Of a stretch of DNA of 64,000 nt, positions 26,126 through 39,818 are shown one piece after another. The stretch lies in NCBI GenBank assembly GCA_051294375.1, contig JBJCIZ010000239.1, forward strand, positions 4,967,581-5,031,580. The letters run 5' to 3'. Each line of letters opens with the position of its first letter. Positions within the stretch are counted from its first letter, which is position 1. A program made the translations under genes and the position numbers. The notes below the pieces were generated by a model. It saw nothing but the letters and a program-made list of their open reading frames with translations. It was not told where the DNA came from and did not search any database. Origin of the DNA: Paraspadella gotoi. Taxonomy: Eukaryota; Animalia; Chaetognatha.

Positions 26126-26728
26126 GGCGTAGTGAAAGTTACATACGAAAATAAAGTCAATTATGAACAACATACCATCAGTGAACATTAATTTGTAAAA
26201 AAAATTAATTTATGTTTTTTAATTTTCGCAGTAGGCTATATTTTATATATAGTACTAACCTTATAAAATCGAAAAATTTCAAAATAGGCTTTTCTTAATT
26301 TTGATTGCAGATTTGAATTCCTCGTAAAAAGTTGTTAAAAGAAAAATATAAGTCATTTTTAAAAATTCTTTCATTAAGTGGTTTAAAATTTAAAAAACTA
26401 TATTTAATATGGAAAAAGTAAATTTTCAGCTTAAATATAGCTTTTTCTCATTTTTGACCCACTTAATGAAGGAATTTTTCAAAAAGAGTTATATTTCTTT
26501 TTTATCAACTTTTTATGACGAATCCAAATCTGCAAAAAAATCTTACAAAAAACTGTTTTGAAATTTTAACATTTATTGGTTTAGTACTAGTATAAATATG
26601 GCCTACTGCGTAAATTGTAAAATTTATTATAAATTTTTTTATTACATAAATAGTTCATTATATATATGTTGTTCGTTCCTCACTTTTAGAATTTTAATTA
26701 AAGTTAAATTTAGAAAATTTACTACGCC
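26126..26728. mobile_element. Palindromic MITE (family D), Kolobok-like ends
   Basis: ATAA|GGCGTAGTGAAA ... TTTACTACGCC|TTAA with extensive internal symmetry. Diverged relatives near 7850-8250, 28500-28900 and 52640-53070. Confidence 0.75.
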
Positions 26729-26907
26729 TTAATGGATAATTGCTCAACGTGACCCTTACTTTTTCAGGCACTGCAAAAAAATGTACGTTTTGTTAACAAC
26801 TGTCTTTTTTTGGATGAAGACATTTATGCTTTGGATCAATTTTTATTAATTTTACTCCATAATTTTGTCATAGAATCAATATAGAGACAGAAAAAAAATC
26901 TCTAACA

Positions 26908-28434
26908 ATGATTTTTTCTACATCTTCAAAAACACGCGTCCCGGCGAATCTCGTCCTAAACATCTATATACTTCAGTATGTTTCTTCTATACAAACAAAC
27001 TATTCCATAGTCCCAGAACTGTTGCTTGATCCAAATGAGACAATCCTCACTCAAAATGTAGATCACGACCAGACGACCATCTCTGGCCTGCCCTGTGCTC
27101 ATGGACACTTTTGCCGAACGGGAATATCCACTCGTTGGTGCTACACGGCCATCGATCAAAGCGCCTGGGATTATTGCTGCAACAAGGGGTCAGTGTGTGG
27201 ACCGCAGCAGGGGGCAGAACCCCAAATCACGAATTCTTGCCAAGTTCAAAGATGCAAGAAAAAGGTGAATGCGCTGATAAAGATAACTGAAGGGAATGAT
27301 ATTTTTGTACAATTGAAACATTTGAAACTTTATATCACTTTATTGATAGGAAAGCCAGGTTCTCTGGAAGTGAATAAACGAGAAATTGGTACAACCAGTG
27401 TAAAAATTCTTATTTTATTCTTTATTTTATATCTTATCTATTTTTATAGGGTAATGACAAATTCTGCCACTCAACTTTGAAGCCCTGTCGTCCTTTCGCA
27501 CTGACACGCAGCGTCAACAACTACGCATGCGCAAAACCCTGCGGTGCCGGCGACAGGAAACCTTACCTTCGCTATTCCTACGACTGGTGTTGGGTCAAGC
27601 CGGATCAGAGCGCCTGGGACTTTTGCTGCCGCGCCGGATCTTCGTGCGGCGCCGTGAAGTCGGAAGATGCCGACCCGAGCGATAAAGGGTAATATTAATA
27701 TTTAATTTTAACATAGCATTAAATGTTTCGTTTTCAGACAACGAATTTATTTCTATTATTAGTAATAAAAAATAAATTCGTTGTCTGAAAACAAAAACAA
27801 ATTTTTCGCATTTAATGCTACATACGCAACGAAAAGAAAGAAACAAAATAAATTGACATAAAATAAAATAAAATAAAAACTCTAAAATAAAGAAAAGAAT
27901 GAACAACATTGTAAAACCGTAAAAAAAATTATGGTTAATTTGGCTAATTCATTCATAGTTTTTTTTTAAGATTAAAAAAAAAAATTCAAAATCTCATAAC
28001 GAATATATATTTTTTTTTAAATTTCAATTAACCTAATTATTGAATTTTTATTAATTATTTATATTTTCTTTGATAAACTTTCTACAGGAAATTTAAATAT
28101 CCTGAAAATATTTTTTAAACAAATTTCTAAAAATTTCTAATTATAAACATATTATTTTTATTATTATTTTTTTAACTCCGTTCTACTTAGCAACGTTTCC
28201 CGATGCCACGTCACGTCCGAAGCGCGCCGGCCGGATATTTGCGTCCGAGGAATGGAACCGGCTCCGTTGCCGAGAGATTATCGGTCGCCCTCGGCGCCGA
28301 TGGAACTTCGTCCATTAGATAAACTCGTGTTAAGCTTCTCGCCGTTGTTCTTTCTCGTCTTAGCGGCGATCGTCGGTGTTTGCCGGAAGTTCGTCGTGTC
28401 GAGAAGATCGAACGATAGAGTGGTGCGAAAATAA
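26908..28434 (+). CDS. Cys/Trp-rich single-pass membrane protein, paralog 3; exons 26908-27264, 27450-27688, 28191-28434
   Basis: GT-AG in-frame splicing: TTISGLPC..RWCYT..AWDYCC..GSVCG, RSVNNYACAKPC..DWCWVKPDQSAWDFCC..GSSCG, RCHV..DIC..PRDYRSP, TM LVLSFSPLFFLVLAAIVGVC, basic tail. Confidence 0.85.
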
Positions 28435-29456
28435 TACAATTTTATAAAATTAAAATTTAGCACATGAAATTATAAATGTGCTTTCATAATTTTTTTTTAA
28501 AATTTTTGTACTTTACTGGACACCAGTGCTATGAGCTAGTAATGAATATATAATAGGCTAAAATTGTAAAATAAAACTTTGTAAATTTTAGGACCGGATT
28601 TAAATTCTTTTTTAAACTTTTTTTCATTAAGTTGGTCAAAATTAAATAATATTAAAAACTATCCATAACTTATAAAATATAGATTTTAAATTTTTAGCTT
28701 GAAAATATAATCTTTTAAAATTTTAATCTACTTAATGAAATAATTTTTTAAAAAAGATTTATATATTGTTGTTAAACTTTTGAAAAGGAATCTGAATCTG
28801 TTCTCATATTAGATTAGAAAAAAAAAAAGAAAATAGTATTTATTAATAAAATAAGTTTACAAGATATAATTGCTAAATTTTTATTCACCCTAGTGAACAA
28901 TCTATTTTTTTATGATTGGTTCGTGATTGGTTAAATGTTGCTTGGAAAAAAAAAAGAAGAAGCTTCGAGAAATTCGTTAAAGAATGCGCGAAATTGGTAC
29001 CATCAATTTAAAAATTAGTGAGAAAGCTATTTTGCCCCTAACTTAAGACAGATATGAAAAGATTAAGCGAGTTAACAATATGTTTTTTGCTGCCTTTGTA
29101 GATGTGAATAATGATTTGATTTTGGAGAATAACGGAAATGGTATTTTCAGTCAACTTTAAAAATTTCAAAATGATTTTTTTTTAAAACTAAAACAACGGG
29201 TTTGGATTCGTCAGAAAAGAAAATAAAATGAGTTTTATTATTATTATATTATTATAATAATATTATTATTATATTATTTTTATATTATTATTAAATAGAA
29301 CTCTTTTTTCCTTGGTATTTTTTTAATTGCGAGGTTGTTCTTAAATTAAGGAAAAATATTTTTTTAATAATTAGGTTACAAAACAACAGAGAGAAATTGA
29401 AATTATAAATTAGAGCTTTAGTCTGCCTGTGAAAGAGAATTATTGAGAGACTCTAA

Positions 29457-29534
<78 letters not shown>

Positions 29535-29639
29535 ACAAACAGATAACTCGTCGTAAGTGACAACAACAACAACAACAACAACAGGAATCGTATCACTACG
29601 ATGTCAAATACACGACAATCGCTGAGACATCCACAAAAT

Positions 29640-29850
29640 CGAATCTCGGCGGCGGCGACGGCGACGGCGGCAGCAGCAGCAGCGGCGTCGTCGGCAAGGA
29701 AAGTGGCAAAGAAAACAGCGGCTCTAGTGATAGCGGTGATAGCATCAAGGAAAGAGAAGGTGGCGGTGCCGGTTATGGCAAGGTAAGTGGCCAAACTGCG
29801 TCGGTAGTGGCAAAGAAAGCGGCAGCGGCGGCGGCGGCGGCAGCGGCAGC
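29640..29850. repeat. Degenerate (GGC/GCA)n trinucleotide tract
   Basis: Runs of GGCGGCGGC and GCAGCAGC; no supported exon boundaries. Confidence 0.6.
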
Positions 29851-30029
29851 GTGATCGGTCTCGACCAAAGGCTGTGTCCTTTCTTTTTTCCTTTTTTTTT
29901 ATCTCCGTCGTAGAAAAACGGTTTTTCTTCCGACTCAGAAAATTTTAATCATAAGATTTTGATGGTTTTTTCCGCCGCGCCGCCTTTCCCCCCTCCCCCC
30001 TCCACCGCCGGTTCAACCGCCTGGCGGCG

Positions 30030-30480
30030 ACGGTGGCGCTTCTTTATTTTTTTTATTTTCAGTTAAACCGGCGCTTCTTTATTTCGCTTTTTGAAACTGG
30101 CGCTTTTTTTGTGTGTTTTACCGGCGCTTCTATTTTATTTTTTACAAAATGAGAGTTTTTTTGTTTGTTTTTTTAAACGGGCGCTTATTATTATAAGGAA
30201 ACCGGCGTTTTTTCTACTGGAACAGGCGTTTTTTTATTGTTAATACCAGCGGTTTTTTTTTTTAAACCGTCACTTTTTTTACGTGAAACCATCGTTCATT
30301 TTTTTAAAAACCAGCGCTTCTTACTTTAGTGAAAGCGGCGCCTATTATATAAGGGAAACCATTTTTTTAGTGAAACCGGCGCTTCGTATTTTAGCGAAAG
30401 CGGCGCTTCATATTCTAATGAAACTGGCGTTTCCTTTTTTTCAGTGATTCCGGTTTTCGTGAAATCGGCGCTTCCCAAAA
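30030..30480. repeat. Degenerate minisatellite with AAACCGGCGCTTC core
   Basis: The core recurs about every 22-30 nt, separated by T-rich spacers. Confidence 0.75.
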
Positions 30481-31860
30481 AAAGAAAAAAGAAAGAAAAA
30501 GCAAAGTTTGATGTCATCGGCAAAATGGATTTGACAGCTGCGATGGAAATATCTTTCTCGTGGCGTTTATTTGTAGGTTTTTTATTTTTACAGCGAGTAA
30601 TCTTTTGAAGTATTTTATCAATAAGAATAATATGTTGATGGATATTTATTATTTATTTGCTATCTGTTTGTAACTTCTTTATGTGCATACATTTCATAGG
30701 TGTGCGGTCACGTTATCACTTAAAAACGTAAATTATTAAGAAAGTCAATATGGCATAAATAATTTATTTAATGGAGAGTTAAATATTAATTAATTCATGG
30801 CAGAAAGCGTAGTTATGCTCGTGCCTATGCTTCATGCCTAGGTAGTTCCCACTTGAAAATGCAGTCACGAGATCAGAAAGTTACCATGGCGTATTTAAAA
30901 AAAAAAATTGGATATTTTAATTGGTACTTTAAGAAGTAGTAACAAAACTAAAAGTCGAGTCTAATGGAACCTTTAGATAAAGTTGTTATACTACATGCCA
31001 TTTGCGATCCTCCAGGCGTTACCGGCGCTCTTTCAATCTCACCGGCGCCCGGGTGAAAAAAAAAATTAGGTGTGTGAAACGAAATAAGAAATTTTTTTAA
31101 ATGAAACTTTAAAGTTTAATAAATAACCTAATTAAGGTAAGGTGTTTTGCCCCGGAGAAATTGTTGTCGTTTTACAATTTTATCTTTTCTTTTCTTTTCT
31201 TTTCTTTTCTTCTATTCTCTTTTCTCCTCTTCTTTTCTCTTCTCTTTTTTCTTTTCTTTTCTTTTCTTTTCTTTTCTTTTCTTTTCTTTCCCCCTTTCCT
31301 ATCTACCTCATTTAAAAATCAAGTCCGCGGATTTAAAATCGATTCAATCTCGACGACAACAACAACGACAACCATTTCTCAGAAATCCGATCTCATTTCC
31401 ATGAAAAGGCTTAGAGGAATGAATCGCTGAGAATTCCGCTTTTCTCAACTTTTTCTCTCGCTTTCTTTCTTATTCGAAATTCGATTCAACTAAAAACTTA
31501 CTAATGAAAGAAAATTATACTGAGTGAGTTAATAAACGAGACTGTGAGAGAGTCTTGATTTTAAAGCTCGCAGGGTGTTTACATGAGGAAACATATTGTA
31601 AAACGGTAGGTGGCTTTGACCAGCCTTGACCAGCCTTGACCAGCCTTTCCAACGTTAGGGGGCAGGTTTGCAGCTTGATAATCAAAGTTTGTTACTCGTT
31701 ATATTGTTTTTTTTTATACTAATTTCATATGAAATCGGCACACCCAATAAAAAAATTATCAATTTATTTAATAAACTAGATATATTGCCACTAACTTTAG
31801 ACAGGCTTTGGTGGTTTAAAGATAATTACCTAGCAAGTCTCTGCAATAGAGAGAGGGAGA

Positions 31861-31919
<59 letters not shown>

Positions 31920-32074
31920 AGAGAGAGGAGAAGAGAGACTGACCCTCTGCTTCATGCTCGTTGATCGCCGCGTGGCTCCACCGTTCTCCTTGCTATGCAG
32001 TTTCGCAAAATAAGCCTATTGCAAATGACCTCCACTAACTTCGTAGAAAAAAAAAAGGCAAAATTCTTCTCGTC

Positions 32075-32435
32075 TAAAATGTCACGCTTGAATGTCATGT
32101 CCGAAATATAATTATGGCTCTAATATTGTTATTCATTTAAAATGACATGGCAGTTCAGCCAAAGAATGTCGTCTATTTCCAAACAAGAACTCAAATAGCC
32201 TTGGAATGTCATCTGTTACCAAATGACACGTCAATTCGGCCCAAGAATATCCTCATACCAATATGACACGTCAATTCGGCCCAGAAATGTCGTCTATTCC
32301 CAAACGACATGTCAATTCGCCCCCCAAAAAAAGTTCTCATATCCAAATGACAAGTCAATGTAGCCTATGAATGTCATTTATTTCCGAATGAGATGACATT
32401 GCGGCCCAAAGAATGTCATCCATTCTCAAACGACG
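32075..32435. repeat. About 41-bp degenerate minisatellite
   Basis: AAATGACACGTCAATTCGGCCCAAGAATGTCGTCTATTTCC-like units in tandem. Confidence 0.75.
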
Positions 32436-32584
32436 TTTTCTTTCCTTATTCTGGACGTCTGACGTTTGACGCCGCGGTTCCACTCTGGTTGCCATGACAA
32501 CGACGACGACGACGTCGGACTTTCCCCAGAGGTTTCTCTCCGACTTAAACGCGAAATCGATTCTGTCCGCCACTCAGTCTCTCG

Positions 32585-32621
<37 letters not shown>

Positions 32622-32636
32622 CTCTTTCTCTTTTCT

Positions 32637-32681
<45 letters not shown>

Positions 32682-34534
32682 GAAAAAAATATTTCGTCCC
32701 AAAATTTTACTTCTTTTTTAATTTTATTTTTTTCAAATTAATATTTAATTTCTCTTTTTTTTAATTTAATTTTTTAATCGTCAAATTCGTCCTCGTCGGA
32801 CAAGAAGTATCACAAGATCACAAGATCATATCACAAAAAGATTCTATAGCCATGTAAAACTTTGGAAGCAGCTGTCACAAGATTTCAATGTCGCTTATAC
32901 TTTTTTCCTAATTATCTTGAACAGGCGACGACCGGCGACGTGGTTCGCTCAAACTTTTTTTTTACCGATATTTTATTTGGATTTTATGAGATTTAGTACA
33001 TACATACGGGCAAACTATGATTAAAAGTCAAATAAAAATTATATTTGTAAAAGTGATAAGCTAAATGATTCAGTTATATGCAAAAAAATCATCACGTTGT
33101 ATTAAGAGCGAGATTTTTCGAAAAGTAAATATTAGTGGTAATATTTTTTTCAACGACTGTTAAACATGGTAAACAATGTCGTATTCTCTATAATAATTAT
33201 AAAATTGAAAATAATAAAATGTACGAACAATTTTTGTTATAAAAAAAATATCTAATTGTGAAATATTATCGAGAAAGTTAAAAAGAGCCGGGTCTTTGTA
33301 TTTAATTAACTGTAAGAGGACAATGTCCTTTATCTTAAAGTTCACAAAAAGTTGAGAGAAAAAAAGCAAAAGTGTAAAAAAAAAATTACACGGTCTTAAA
33401 ATCGGAATGATGCTGGATTAATAATGTGTTGCCTCGTTTCTCTTTTTAACTCTTACTCTTCTCGTTTAAAACTCGTTCTATTGACCTTTTACAATCTTTT
33501 GACCACTTTGACCGCATTTAGTATTTCCTTTATTAGAGAGACTGTGAACCAGTTTTTAGTTTGCTTCAAAGACTCACAAAATGTATGTCTGTCCCGTTTG
33601 GAAACTCCGTTCTTAAGGGTTTCCCAATGATTATTAATGAAAAATATAGGTATTTAATCTTCAATCATATGGAACTCATGTTAGACTCTTCTGAACAGGC
33701 GACATCAAATGCTCGTCTTCGCTTAGTGTGACCATAAACAATTCTTAACACACATGATACATAATACATAATACCTAATACATACATAAAATACATGATA
33801 CATAAGCTGTTGAGAAAAACAAAAACGTATCCCTTTGTAGGTATCATTGTTACAGTTTTTTCAAAAAAATAGTGAATTTATGAACTTAAAATCTGCTTAT
33901 TTATCAAAATTATATCAGTTAAATGTTTTTAGTGACAACAATAATCATCATCATTTTGTATGCCGTTTGTTAAGACACACGCGGTACAAAAGTACATTTT
34001 TAATTTAATTTAATTTAATTTACATCGTCGACATCATTTTTACTTTTTTTTTCTTTTTGTCTTCGTCGCGGGATTTTTGAAAACGAATAATAAAAATAAA
34101 ATAATATTTTAAAAATACGTGATTGGATACAAACACTCATACACATACGTATATATTCTTTGTTTTACGACTACCTCAAATTTTCTAGTATTAAATTAAT
34201 TTGCACACGTTTTAGCCATTATCGCATAGCTATTTGTACATAAAATTTAAAAAAAAAATACCTTTTTACAGATATAATTGGATCGACATTCTACTAAATT
34301 AATACTTCCCAATGGCTACATACGTACATCGAAAAATCTACCGCCGAAAAGGCGTCTTAAAAGAAAGTCTTTTAAGTTTGATAAATTACATGTTAAAATA
34401 ATTTTTTTTGCAAAAAAATATTCTTTAAAAAAAGGAGTCTCATTTTTGGAGTAGTTCTGATAAGATCCATACAATTTTGTTTTTCATTCAAAAACACATT
34501 TTTTTATTAAGCGAGCACATCCTAAGGCTAAGCA

Positions 34535-36139
34535 ATGTCGACTCACCTTCAAAGCGTGCTGGATGGAGGAATGTCCAGGAACGAGACTCACGCTCTCTAC
34601 GAAAGTTGGGCGACCAACTACGAACCGGAAATGAACGAGGCTGGTTGGGACACGTCGGCCAACGTGGCTCGCGTTGTCATGGAGATAACGAAAGTCGGGG
34701 ATAGGATAGTGGATTTTGCCGCGGGTCCGAATCTGTTATTTTTTTTAGTTGTACCGCGAGTGCTCGCGGAACAACTCTATAAGTTACTTTTCGGTCGGTC
34801 GGTCCATCGGTCGGTCGGTAGGTCTGTCTTTTGGTCTGTCCCACTTTCGTTAAAAACCCATATAATTTGCTTGTAGTTGGTTGCTCATTTGTTAAGACAG
34901 AAAAAAAATCTCAAATCTAAGTGACTGCTAGTACCACCCTCTGGAAATCCTAAAACTATAAGGAATAAAAGACAAAATTCCGATGCAGTGCGTATCAGGC
35001 TAAGAAATTATTGTAGTCATGTAGTCATGTCGTATCTCATCATGTTATGTCACGTCATGTCACAAGAAATATATGTGATAAGGCAGTCACTACGGCGCAA
35101 CACATTTGAATTACTGCCCTTGTTTTTATTTGTGAAATGTTTTTAGGATTCATTTCTTACAAGTTTAAAAAAAAATATCTATATTTTGAAAATATATGGC
35201 TCTTTTTTTTTTCCAATAGCACCCAATTTTTTTTTTCGTAATCCTTTAACCTTATTCCCTAACCCCAATCGCTAACACTAATCCTAAACGTCTATCTTAT
35301 TTTCTAACCCTAACCTAATACATAATCGTTAAACCTAACAAGTTGGTGCAAACAATGCCGGATAATGCTCTCGGTAAGCAGCCAATCAAATTATTTAATT
35401 AACTAAATAATTAATTAACTAACTAGTTGATTAATTAAGTATTTTGTTAAATAATTTACATTTTATATACGTAAAAAAAAAAAGGGGAATTGAAAGACTT
35501 AAACGTGCCTTTTGTTTTCAAAAAAAAGGGACGGGCTGCGTGGGTCAATGTCTTCGATCTTTCGGTCTTCCTCTCACCATCACGATGGATGCCGTCGACT
35601 CCTCCGCCGAGATGTTGCGCGTCGCCGGAGAGAAGAGAATCTACGCCAACACTTTCGTCAGCTACGTTGGAGGAGGAGCGACGCTGCCAGTCGAGCCGGT
35701 GACTATTAAGAGTTCGCATCATTTAAGTATTCATCATTTTCCTACTTGTCAACCTCACATTGCAGGAATCATACGACGTAGCCTGTATGGCTGGCGGCTT
35801 TGCTGAAGGACATGTGCCGATCGATGGCTGGGACTTTATCCTGGATGCGGTTAAACCTGGCGGACACGCCGTTTGCTCCATTACTCAAAGGTGAGTCAAA
35901 TGAGATTGTGAAATGAATTATATTGTGGATTTAAATTTAAGTAATTAATTATTATCTCTCTCTCTCTCTCTAACAGATGGCTAGAGACAGTTCCTGAATT
36001 CTTCCGAATGGACGAGTACATCGAGGAGGTGTGCCGGCGGAAGGGCGCCGTCTTGAAGGAGCGACGCGTCTTCAACAAATCTTTCGCCGGCATCGGTATC
36101 ACTCTCTGGATCCTACAAAAAAATCATCTCAAGAATTGA
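34535..36139 (+). CDS. METTL27: Class I SAM-dependent methyltransferase, METTL27/WBSCR27-like; exons 34535-34724, 35529-35698, 35766-35890, 35977-36139
   Basis: Spliced frame is intact: LYESWATNYE, IVDFAAG|TGCVG (motif I), DAVDSSAEML, YDVACMAGGFAEGHVP, VKPGG; all introns GT-AG. Confidence 0.82.
34744..35125 (+). mobile_element. DINE-1/HINE-like element (family B) in methyltransferase intron 1
   Basis: TTTTAGTTGTACCGCGAG..CTCGCGG..CAACTCTATAAG, (GGTC)n, ends GCCCTTGTTTTT. Confidence 0.7.
35198..35532 (+). mobile_element. Degenerate family A element ending at the intron-1 acceptor
   Basis: Starts GGCTCTTTTTTTTTTTCCAATAGCACCC, has a CCCTAACC interior, and a degenerate right end GTGCCTTTTGTTTTCAAAAAAAAG|GGAC. 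Confidence 0.5.
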
Positions 36140-36147
36140 AGTCGTTA

Positions 36148-36362
36148 GGAATCTAATCAAATGAATGTATTCTAATGAATCTAAACAAATGAATCTAATC
36201 AAGTGAATCTAATCGAATGAATTTAATCTAATGAATCTAATCAAATAAATGTAATCAAGTGAATCTAATCGAATGAATGTAATCTAATGAATCTAATCAA
36301 ATAAATGTAATCAAGTGAATCTAATCGAATGAATGTAATCTAATGAATCTAATCTAATAAAT
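36148..36362. repeat. 14-bp minisatellite (AATGAATCTAATCN)
   Basis: Tandem units directly 3' of the methyltransferase stop codon. Confidence 0.85.
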
Positions 36363-36619
36363 CAATAATGTTACCACAAATTAAAGTAAATCAAGCAAAA
36401 CCAACAGGGCTCTCTTTTTTTTGTAATAAACTTTGTCAGCCTACTAATTGTATTTTATCTAGATTTTAAGTATTCTCAAGTCTGATTTGCTTGTAGTAGT
36501 AGTAAAGGTTGTTAATGTTTACATTTTTTTAAATAAGCTGAAAAATTTTTTATTATCGTAACGAAATTTATTATTAAAAGCAGACACGTTTCGAACAGTA
36601 CTTCAGTGGAATACAAATT

Positions 36620-36658
<39 letters not shown>

Positions 36659-37919
36659 TGTGTAGAAGATTCCTTGAGGGGGGTTTCTCAGTTTCAGATG
36701 AGAACATTGTTTGAGCAGTGCTTAATCTTGACTTAATATTAACTCAATCCATATATCAAAAGATGAAATAGAATAATAACTTTATTAAGTATTCAGTATC
36801 CAATAATCATTGAGAGACGTGCATCAGAATGACAGAGAGCCAAAATGCAGCAGCAGCAGTAGAGCCGATATGCAGCAACAATAGCAGTAGAACCGAGATG
36901 CAGCAACTGAGCCCAGACGCAGCAACAGCTCAAAGCTACATAAAAGCTTAAAATTAATTAACATATTCAAGTAATTTCACAAACATCATTTAATACCTGA
37001 TGGTCTCAGAGGAATCTCTTAAAAATTAAGAATTTACTCTCCTTTTATATACAAGGACACAATTATTACAAACAATGAGAGGAGAATTCACATTTTAAGA
37101 ATAAGATCAAAACATCTACTAATTATTATTAACCAATAAGAGACCAGATATTCAAATTCAAGGTATAAAATTCAACCAATTAGAGGCTTTAAACAGAACT
37201 ATTGGAGTCATTCAATTTAACTTTAAATTCAGATATTTGAGCCATTAAAAAAATAAAAGGTCGGGGCTCAATTCAGATAAAAATCATTATAAACTCTTTA
37301 ACAGAGAGAGAGAGAGAGAGAGAGTGGCACTTTTAAATATTTTACTAAAGGACTCTAAAGAAAACTGAATATAAATTTCTTTTTAATTGAATCTTAAATA
37401 GACCGTAAACAAGATTCAAAAACAAATCAACAATTTCTCTCGAGGGAGAGATGTATTTCCAATCGAACCAGAAAAATAAAAAATCTAAAAAAAAAATTTT
37501 TTACTTTTGCTTAAAAAAAAATGAATAAATAAAAATTAGCTCGTCTGTATTCAAAAACCTTAATCTCCGGACAATTAAAAAAAGAGAGAGATGAAAAAAA
37601 AGAGAGGAGGGAAATTAATACCAATTTTTCCATCGCGCCGTACCGTCATTAAAGTCCCCCCCCCCCGTCGGCTGTGGAAACATATTCAACTTTTTATTTT
37701 AAAGGTTTTGTAATTAAAAATTTTTTTTTAAAAAGAATCTTATAACTTTTAAAACTCGGTTTTTTTCCTTTACAGATATCTTTTCGTAATTTGAAGGAAG
37801 AAAATAAAAGACCAAGATTTTCTTCTTTCTTTTTTCTTTCTTTTTTTTTTTTTTTCTTTTTTCTTTCTTCCTTCTTTTCAGTTGTTTTTTTTTCTTTTGA
37901 GACATTTCGCTTTGCCTTC

Positions 37920-38245
37920 GTCATCGTTTTAATTTCGTAATCGTCGTCGTCGTCGTCTTCATCGTCGTCTTGGTCGTCTTCATCAACGTCGTCGTCTTTG
38001 TCATTGCTGTCTACGTCATCGTCGTCGTCGTCGTCATCTTCTTGGATGTCGTCGTCTTCTTTGTTGTCATCGTCTTCTTCGTCTGAATTGTTTTTGTCAT
38101 TTTTGTCAGCTTCATCATCTTTTTTACCTTCTTTGTCATCATCATCATCGTCATCATCGTCGTCATTACCATGTCGTCATCCTCGTCTACATCATATTCT
38201 TCGTCATCGTCGTCTTCTTCATCGTCATCGTCGTCCACCTCGTCC
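37920..38245. repeat. Degenerate (GTC/ATC)n trinucleotide tract
   Basis: Asp-codon-like run on the minus strand with frame breaks. Confidence 0.7.
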
Positions 38246-38569
38246 TCACCCTCAATCGTCGTTCATTCGTTCCATTCACTTCCAACTCGTTCATCGATTC
38301 CATTCATTCGCTCCATTCACCTCCAACTCGTTCATCGATTCCATTCATTCGTTCCATCCCGTCAGAGCCAAGTTCATCTTAAACCCGAGAATCCATTTTT
38401 TACTCCTTCCCTTCCTTTTTTGCCCAGACCAGACGCATTCCCGGCTGAGACTCGCCGAGTCAAGAAAAAAAAAATTTCCGTGTGCCGGACCGAAAAAAAA
38501 AGACGGCACAACCTTTGCCGGACTACCCTAAACGCTAGAAAGCAAGAGTGCCAGAGTGTCAAAACTTCC

Positions 38570-39130
38570 GGCCTTATTTTCCCAGAACGTCCCATTTTGT
38601 CCTAAATTCGGTATGAGGTCGATTTTTTAGAGGTTAGGTTAGTGACTTGGGTTAGGGTCTTGGTTAGTGAATTGGGTTAGGGCTAAGGATTAGGTTAAAG
38701 TTAAAGATTAGGGTTAGGGATTGGCTTATAGGTTTAAAAAACATGTTTAGGTTAATAATTAGTTTAGTTGGTTTATCCCAAAATTTACGTTTAACCTTAA
38801 TAATTAACTTAATTATTAAGGTTAAACGTAAATTTTGGGATAAACCAACTAAACTAAAGTAAACTAAACTAAACTAAACTAAACTAAACTAAACTAAGCT
38901 AAACTTTTACTTCCACCAACAGCCGAAGAGTGTCGAACTGCCCAAGCGCTGGAACAATAGAGAATGTCAGAGCGCCAGAACACAAGGGTGAAAAAGTGCC
39001 AGAGTGCTAGACTAGTGGAGTGCTAATGCACAACAAGATTGCAAGAGTCCATTTTGGCCTTGTTTAGGGTTTGATTTATAAGTTTAAAAATTAAAACTAA
39101 ATTCTGGGTTAAACAGAAAGGGAGCCCTCT
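38570..39130 (-). mobile_element. Family A element, reverse orientation, one end truncated, with internal insertions
   Basis: Starts GGCCTTATTTTCCCAGAACGTCCCATTT (nearly identical to the reverse complement of 405-428); interior GGGTTAGGG repeats. Confidence 0.65.
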
Positions 39131-39697
39131 GGGCTGGGCTGGGCTGCTAGAGTGGCGGATTGGTAAAGTGCCGAAGCGCTAAAAGGCCGGACTGCCTGAG
39201 CGTCGAAACGGTCGATCTCAAGGTCACTTATGAGCGCCAAGGTCACATCCCGCTTCCATCAGCGATGGAAAAAGTTAATTCGTCTTTCCTTCCGCGGGGA
39301 ATTCATCTTTATTCATCTTCATTCATCCTAAATTATCTTCATTCATATTTATTCTTTTTTAATCTTCTTTATTCATTTTTATTCATCTTTTTTCCTATTC
39401 ATTCATTTTTATTCATTTTTAATCATCTTCATTCATCTTTATTCATCTTTCTATATATTTAATCTTCTAACTTTTTGGACGAAAATATTTGTTTTTACAT
39501 TTGTATTTCTTTATAATTTGCGAGATTTTTTTGTATTTAAAATTTATTATTACTACTAATAATAAGCTATGTTGGTTTGTTTAGGATGCACAGACAAAAA
39601 TAAAGTGAATTATCAATTAAATTTTACTTAAGTTTTTGGAATTAATTTGTGACTAAGTCATTAGTATAAGAGATAGAGAGAAAGAAAGAAAAAATAA

Positions 39698-39765
<68 letters not shown>

Positions 39766-39784
39766 AACAAGCAAACAAAGAAAA

Positions 39785-39818
<34 letters not shown>

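Noticed and set aside
29453-29860. Poly-Ala ORFs suggesting a transcription factor exon
   Set aside because: Trinucleotide low complexity only; no DNA-binding domain or linked exons found.
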